In this document: in pieces, positions 59,368 to 64,000 of the stretch
Layout: each line of letters begins with the position of its first letter
How positions within the stretch are numbered: position 1 is the stretch's first letter
Source of the DNA: Syntrophorhabdaceae bacterium
GTDB lineage: Bacteria > Desulfobacterota > Syntrophorhabdia > Syntrophorhabdales > Syntrophorhabdaceae
Reading direction: 5' to 3'
Assembly: GCA_963665295.1 (NCBI GenBank)
Contig: OY762209.1
Coordinates: 4,480,001-4,544,000 of the forward strand
DNA length: 64,000 bases
Translations under genes and position numbers: made by a program
The notes under the pieces: generated by a model
What the model was told of the DNA's origin: nothing
Database searches by the model: none
What the model saw: the letters and a program-made list of their open reading frames with translations, nothing else

Positions 59368-61263
59368 ATGAAAAGAATAGTCGTCGGCACCGCAGGGCAC
59401 ATAGATCATGGGAAGACCACCCTCATCAGGGCTCTCACCGGAATAGACTGCGACAGGCTGAAAGAAGAGAAGGAAAGGGGCATCACCACCGAACTGGGTT
59501 TTGCGTATTACAAGTCGGGGGACGACCTCCTCATCGGTATTGTGGATGTCCCGGGACATGAAAAATTCGTGCGTCACATGGTGGCGGGAGCGTGGGGAAT
59601 CGACATGGCCCTGCTCGTTGTCGCCGCCGATGAAGGCGTAATGCCCCAGACGAGGGAGCATGTCGACATATGCGAACTGCTGGGACTTAGAAGAGGTATC
59701 GTCGCCGTAACCAAGACCGATCTCGTCGATCAGGACATGGTCGAACTCGTTAAAGAGGATGTAACAGATTTTCTCAAAGGACGGCTCCTTGAAGGAGCCC
59801 CCATTATCCCCGTATCGGCAACTTCCGGGGAGAACATAGAGACGCTGAGAGCATCTATTCGGGAGATGGCTCTGGAACTCCGGGAGCGGTCAAAGGAAGG
59901 CATTTTCAGGCTCCCCGTAGACCGGGTATTCACCATCAGGGGGCTCGGCACCATCATCACCGGGACATGCATCTCCGGTTCCGTAAAAGTGGGCGAGGAG
60001 ATCGAGATATATCCCCTGAGGCGACGGGCAAAAATACGGAACATCCAGACTTACCACGAAGACGCCTCCGAGGCCATGGCGGGTCAGAGGGTCGCCCTTA
60101 ACCTCCAGGGAGTGGAAAAACAGGAAGTGGCGCGGGGAAGCATCATCGGGAGGCCGGACACCCTGATCCTCTCCTCCAGGATCGATACTACCCTCAAATA
60201 CCTGAAACTGCCGCTCAAGCCCATCAGAAACGATACGATCCTCCGGTTCCATATCGCCACTACCCAGACGGAAGCGAGGATCATTCTCCTCGACAGAGAC
60301 CAGATCGAACCCGGCGAAGAGGTCTTCGCTCAGTTCGTGTTCCCCGAACCTATAGTAACCCTGCCGGGAGACCGGTATGTACTGAGAGGCCCTTACGTCA
60401 TACAGACCATCGGCGGAGGACAGGTCCTCGATGTGATGCCCACGAGGCATAAACGAAAGACCGCGGACCTCGACACAACCTATCTCCTCCTGTCCGGAGA
60501 CGATTCCGTCGCGAAGGCGGAGTTTCACGTCCTGAAAGGCACATATGGAGGAATCACGAAGAACATGCTCGCCATACTGCTCGGCAAGGACGCCTCTTTC
60601 GGGCAGCAAATCCTGCAACGGATGGAGCGGGACGGGAAAGTGAAGTGCATAGGTAAGATGGTCGTCCACCTGGACAGCTTCTCGAAATACAAGGAGACGC
60701 TCCTTACGCTCCTTCACGATTTCCACGAAAAGAACCCCATAAAGATAGGCATTTCCAAAGAGGAGCTTCGTACCCGGCTCCCCAAAGTAGAGCCCCAGAT
60801 ATTCCAGTCTGCCCTTGACGAATGCATCGCCGAAGGAAAAGCGGCGATAGAGAAGGACAAGGTGAAGGAGCAAGGAGCCGGTAAGGGGATCGATAAGGAA
60901 AGGGAGGGGGTCGCAGAGGACATCCTCGGTAGGCTTAAAGGTTATGGCCTCACTCCGCCCTTACTCAAAGAACTTGTGACAGAGACAAATAAACCCGAAA
61001 AACAGCTCCGGGATATCCTCGAGAGGCTCGTCTTCGAAGGCAAGGCCGTTAAGGTAAAGGGTGATATGTACTTTCACAAACAGGCCATAGAAATGCTGAA
61101 AGAGCGCGTCACGGGATACTTCCAGTCCCACAAAGAGATGACTCCTCCGGATTTCAAATCCATGTTCGATCTGTCGAGGAAATATATGATCCCCATCCTT
61201 GAGTACCTTGATGAAATAAAACTGACTATCAGGGTGGGGGATAAACGGGTCCTCAGAGGATAA
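59368..61263 (+). CDS. selB: Selenocysteine-specific translation elongation factor
   Basis: GTAGHIDHGKT, DRLKEEKERGIT.ELGF, DVPGHE; C-terminal winged helices ending SRKYMIPILEYLD...R.GD.R. Confidence 0.96.
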   Translation: MKRIVVGTAGHIDHGKTTLIRALTGIDCDRLKEEKERGITTELGFAYYKSGDDLLIGIVDVPGHEKFVRHMVAGAWGIDMALLVVAADEGVMPQTREHVDICELLGLRRGIVAVTKTDLVDQDMVELVKEDVTDFLKGRLLEGAPIIPVSATSGENIETLRASIREMALELRERSKEGIFRLPVDRVFTIRGLGTIITGTCISGSVKVGEEIEIYPLRRRAKIRNIQTYHEDASEAMAGQRVALNLQGVEKQEVARGSIIGRPDTLILSSRIDTTLKYLKLPLKPIRNDTILRFHIATTQTEARIILLDRDQIEPGEEVFAQFVFPEPIVTLPGDRYVLRGPYVIQTIGGGQVLDVMPTRHKRKTADLDTTYLLLSGDDSVAKAEFHVLKGTYGGITKNMLAILLGKDASFGQQILQRMERDGKVKCIGKMVVHLDSFSKYKETLLTLLHDFHEKNPIKIGISKEELRTRLPKVEPQIFQSALDECIAEGKAAIEKDKVKEQGAGKGIDKEREGVAEDILGRLKGYGLTPPLLKELVTETNKPEKQLRDILERLVFEGKAVKVKGDMYFHKQAIEMLKERVTGYFQSHKEMTPPDFKSMFDLSRKYMIPILEYLDEIKLTIRVGDKRVLRG

Positions 61264-61267
61264 ACCC

Positions 61268-61293
61268 GCTCCCTCCCGGAACGTGGGAGGGGC
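61268..61293. terminator. Hairpin between convergent genes
   Basis: GC-T-CCCTCCC-GGAACGT-GGGAGGGGC. Confidence 0.5.
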
Positions 61294-61305
61294 AGAAAAC
61301 CGGCC

Positions 61306-62778
61306 CTAACGTACCGCCACGACCGAGTCTGAAATCCAGCCTTCTTTGGTGCCGTAAAGAATGACCATGTACCATTTCCGGCCGTCCTTCCCTTCCTGGT
61401 CACCTACAATCTTAATCGTCTCATTTCTGGGAATAAGGCCTATCCTGGGCGACCTAAGGTCCGGCGCGCTCCGTATAATCGCCCCATCCGCGACGACTGT
61501 GGCAGTCCTTTCAGGGATACCGGGCTTCTCCGCTTCTTTTGTCTCGCCCTTGCTTCCGGAAACGTCCGCCTTGCTGTCCGCGGGAGGCGCAGCCTCTCCC
61601 GCGTCAGGCTTCGGAACCTCATTGTCGGGGACGACCTTCGCCGGTGGTTCCGGTTTCGGCGCCTCCGTGGCCGCAATCTTCCTTGTGGTAAGCGAAGGGG
61701 ACAGGTAATGGTAACCCGCTATGGAGGCAACGATAATGGAAAGCACGGCCAGCACAATGAACACGAGTCTGGGGCGGGCCGCCTTCTCGGCTTTATTACC
61801 CGCCGGCACCGCCTGAGGGCCGCTCTCGGGGTATTCGGGGCGCTTCCACGGCGGTCTCTCCGGGCCCCTTTCCACTGTCGATACACTATGCAGCGAAGGT
61901 CCTCGCTCAGGGCGGTTCTCTTCTCTCACGTAGGGAAGGCTCTCCCCCTGGCCCGACATGGCGTTAATGGCCTTTGAAACCTCTTTGAAACCCACCTTTC
62001 CCGCCTGGTTGGTGTACCCGACCAGGAGAGAAAGGTCGGAAAGGGCAATCACCGTCCGGGGCGAACCCCTGGAGTACCTGTGTATTATCTCGAGGGCATC
62101 CTCAGAGAATATCTCCCGGCCTTCTTCGAGTCCTGTCTGACGGAGGCGGTACTGGATAAGCTCCCTCGTCTCCTGGAGCTTCAGGGGCACGAAATAGTAT
62201 CTCACCGGTAACCTCTGCCAGAACTCGGGCATGTTCTTAATCGTATGCCACAACGTCCTCTGCCCGGAAAGGATGAAGGTATGGAGATACTCATTCCTGT
62301 ACGTGAGATTTATCAGTATTCTCAATTCCTGCAAGACATCGGGGGCCTCGCACAGCAACTGCCCCTCATCGACGACAATAATGCTCCTCCCCCCCTGTTC
62401 CTTTGCCTGGATCAGGGCATCCTTCAGGATGGCAAGGTTCTTAAGCTTATCTTCTCCCACGGACAGGCCCGATATCTCACCGGCAATCTGTGCGATCATC
62501 TGGGAAGAACTCAGGGTGGGGTGATCGACATAGGCGTACCTGAAAGCATCCCCGAGACTTCCCTTCATGTCATCGATAAGCTTGAGAAGGAGCGTTGTTT
62601 TCCCGAGGCCTGCGTCCTCCGACACGATCAGCACACCCCCCTTGCCTGTATTGATCGCGTATTTAACCCGCTCGAGACACTCGTAGTACTGGCCCGTGAC
62701 ACACATCATTCTGCTGTCCGGAGCCAACAGAAACGGGTGGTTCGTGAGTCCCCAGTATTCCAGGTATTCTTCAATCAT
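61306..62778 (-). CDS. ExeA-like AAA ATPase with TM helix and C-terminal SH3b-like domain
   Basis: YLEYWGL...PF...PD, AGLGKT, VVDEGQ, LSGQ, G.PR; TM segment; IRSAP...I..I....W..V....EGWI. Confidence 0.85.
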   Translation of the reverse strand: MIEEYLEYWGLTNHPFLLAPDSRMMCVTGQYYECLERVKYAINTGKGGVLIVSEDAGLGKTTLLLKLIDDMKGSLGDAFRYAYVDHPTLSSSQMIAQIAGEISGLSVGEDKLKNLAILKDALIQAKEQGGRSIIVVDEGQLLCEAPDVLQELRILINLTYRNEYLHTFILSGQRTLWHTIKNMPEFWQRLPVRYYFVPLKLQETRELIQYRLRQTGLEEGREIFSEDALEIIHRYSRGSPRTVIALSDLSLLVGYTNQAGKVGFKEVSKAINAMSGQGESLPYVREENRPERGPSLHSVSTVERGPERPPWKRPEYPESGPQAVPAGNKAEKAARPRLVFIVLAVLSIIVASIAGYHYLSPSLTTRKIAATEAPKPEPPAKVVPDNEVPKPDAGEAAPPADSKADVSGSKGETKEAEKPGIPERTATVVADGAIIRSAPDLRSPRIGLIPRNETIKIVGDQEGKDGRKWYMVILYGTKEGWISDSVVAVR

Positions 62779-63392
62779 GGTTTGCAGCTTTTGTCCGGCA
62801 CGTACCCTATCTTAATCGCATCCATGCGGTTCCTGAAAATAATCTTGCTTTTCTCGGGCACTTTTGAAGCCGCCTTGCACGACGGCCTATGGAGTACATA
62901 TGACCTCTTATTTCCTATATAGTAACGCTCCGTATCCTTCTTCTTTTCCTGCCAGAGCCCCCTCTCCTCTTCCATCGCCTTATGCTGGTAATCAACGAGC
63001 ATATCCTTATACCTGGTGTTGGGACCCTTCACTGCCGCCTTGGCGCAACCGTTTTTCACAAGCTCACCGTTGACAAAAACATTCTTCACAAAAACGTATG
63101 CGAGGATCCTGCCACGGTGGTCCTTCTTCTCCGTATCAAATTCGAGTCGGACCTTCTTCAGCAACACAAGTTTCTTGTTGTATTTCGCCGCTTCCCTGGC
63201 AAAGAACTCGCTCCCGCCCTCCTTCAAAAACAACTCCGGGGCCTGTATCCCGAGATATTTCACTGTCTCCCCTGTTTCGAGTTGGATTGTATCCCCGTCT
63301 ATGATCTTTCTCACTATATACTCCTTCCCGTAGGAGGCACTACTTGCAAAGAGAAGGCACATAAATAGGGCAATTCCGATAGCACGTCTCAT
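62775..63392 (-). CDS. Thermonuclease (SNase) family protein with Ada-like metal-binding C-terminal domain
   Basis: IDGDT, LGIQAPE, GRILAYV, N.ELVK.G.A, RGLW; HRPSC...GYVPDKSCKP. Confidence 0.88.
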   Translation of the reverse strand: MRRAIGIALFMCLLFASSASYGKEYIVRKIIDGDTIQLETGETVKYLGIQAPELFLKEGGSEFFAREAAKYNKKLVLLKKVRLEFDTEKKDHRGRILAYVFVKNVFVNGELVKNGCAKAAVKGPNTRYKDMLVDYQHKAMEEERGLWQEKKKDTERYYIGNKRSYVLHRPSCKAASKVPEKSKIIFRNRMDAIKIGYVPDKSCKP

Positions 63393-63481
63393 AATGAAAG
63401 ATTTTACAATATTTTCGTTCTATGATAAACAACTATCAATGAGCAGCCAAATCCGTAGCAGAAAGGAGTCCCGTTCTTTCC

Positions 63482-64000
63482 ATGAGGAAACCCGTCCGTT
63501 CATCGTCCCTTCTCGTCAGCCTTCTCTTGCTCGCTTCTTTGTTCCCCGGTGCGGCCATGGCAGACCAGCAGTCGGTATCCATTGGGTACGGTCTTGGAAT
63601 TCTCAATAACGACGCTCAGATAGGTCATCTGTGGTATAACGGGTATTATGACTTTGCCCAGGTTAATTACGGCTACGAAAAACAACTTTCCGGCAAAATC
63701 AACCTCCTCCTTGAACCGTTCGCGGCATTTATAAACAGGCCGACCGCAGGTCTCGATGTAGGATTCGGTCTCTCCGCAAAATATTATTTCGGCAGTCAGA
63801 ATCACCGGGGCTTTTTTGTTACCGCAGGCACGGGCGCAGTATATACGACCCTCAACTTCGAGGAACAGGGTACGCACGGCCTGTTTATCCTTCAGGGAGG
63901 GATAGGCTACCAGTGGAAAGAGCTTTTCGTGGAAAGCAGGCTCAGGCATTACTCCAACGCGGGGCTTGCGAGCCCCAATAAGTCTGTAAACGCAAGCACT
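63482..64000 (+). CDS. pagL: Lipid A 3-O-deacylase PagL-like acyloxyacyl hydrolase (partial, runs off the window)
   Basis: Manual translation MRKPVRSSSLL...AMA-DQQSV...RLRHYSNAGLASPNKSVN; HxSNAG motif, beta-barrel pattern, signal peptide. Confidence 0.8.
   Translation, partial: MRKPVRSSSLLVSLLLLASLFPGAAMADQQSVSIGYGLGILNNDAQIGHLWYNGYYDFAQVNYGYEKQLSGKINLLLEPFAAFINRPTAGLDVGFGLSAKYYFGSQNHRGFFVTAGTGAVYTTLNFEEQGTHGLFILQGGIGYQWKELFVESRLRHYSNAGLASPNKSVNAST

Noticed and set aside
63500..63949. 149-aa minus-strand ORF
   Set aside because: Antisense to the PagL-like CDS, which has a clear HxSNAG motif

Overview
Bacterial chromosomal window of about 55 genes. Gene content and order (accD-folC-lptD, mfd-ppiC-surA-pdxA-rarA, korDABC-sucCD, 2-hydroxyacyl-CoA dehydratase/benzoyl-CoA reductase-type subunit) suggest an anaerobic Desulfobacterota/Syntrophorhabdus-like organism; this is an inference. 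From about 6.9 kb onward it is mostly housekeeping: fabH, lpxH, rmlACBD, lptD, folC, accD, mfd, foldases, pdxA, rarA, comEC, ppx, ccdA, an RpoH-like sigma factor, a Mo/Se-cofactor maturation cluster (mocA, MPT-binding protein, yqeB, xdhC), amrAB, sucCD, korDABC, a liv ABC transporter, selB, an ExeA-like ATPase, a thermonuclease and pagL. The first 6.7 kb, 3' of a tRNA-Ser(UGA), is accessory and ORFan-rich. The best finding is missed by the ORF track. ORF 621..857 extends in frame to an ATG at 552 with a GGAGGA RBS, passing through two TGA codons. This gives a 101-aa candidate selenoprotein with a U-x-x-U-x-x-C motif, followed by a hairpin that fits the bacterial SECIS model, and selB is in the same window. 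Also notable: an unassigned ~155-nt rod-like structured element upstream of mfd, a HisC/CobD-like protein lacking its PLP lysine, and rpoH tightly appended to the Mo/Se-cofactor operon. No database searches or folding programs were run.
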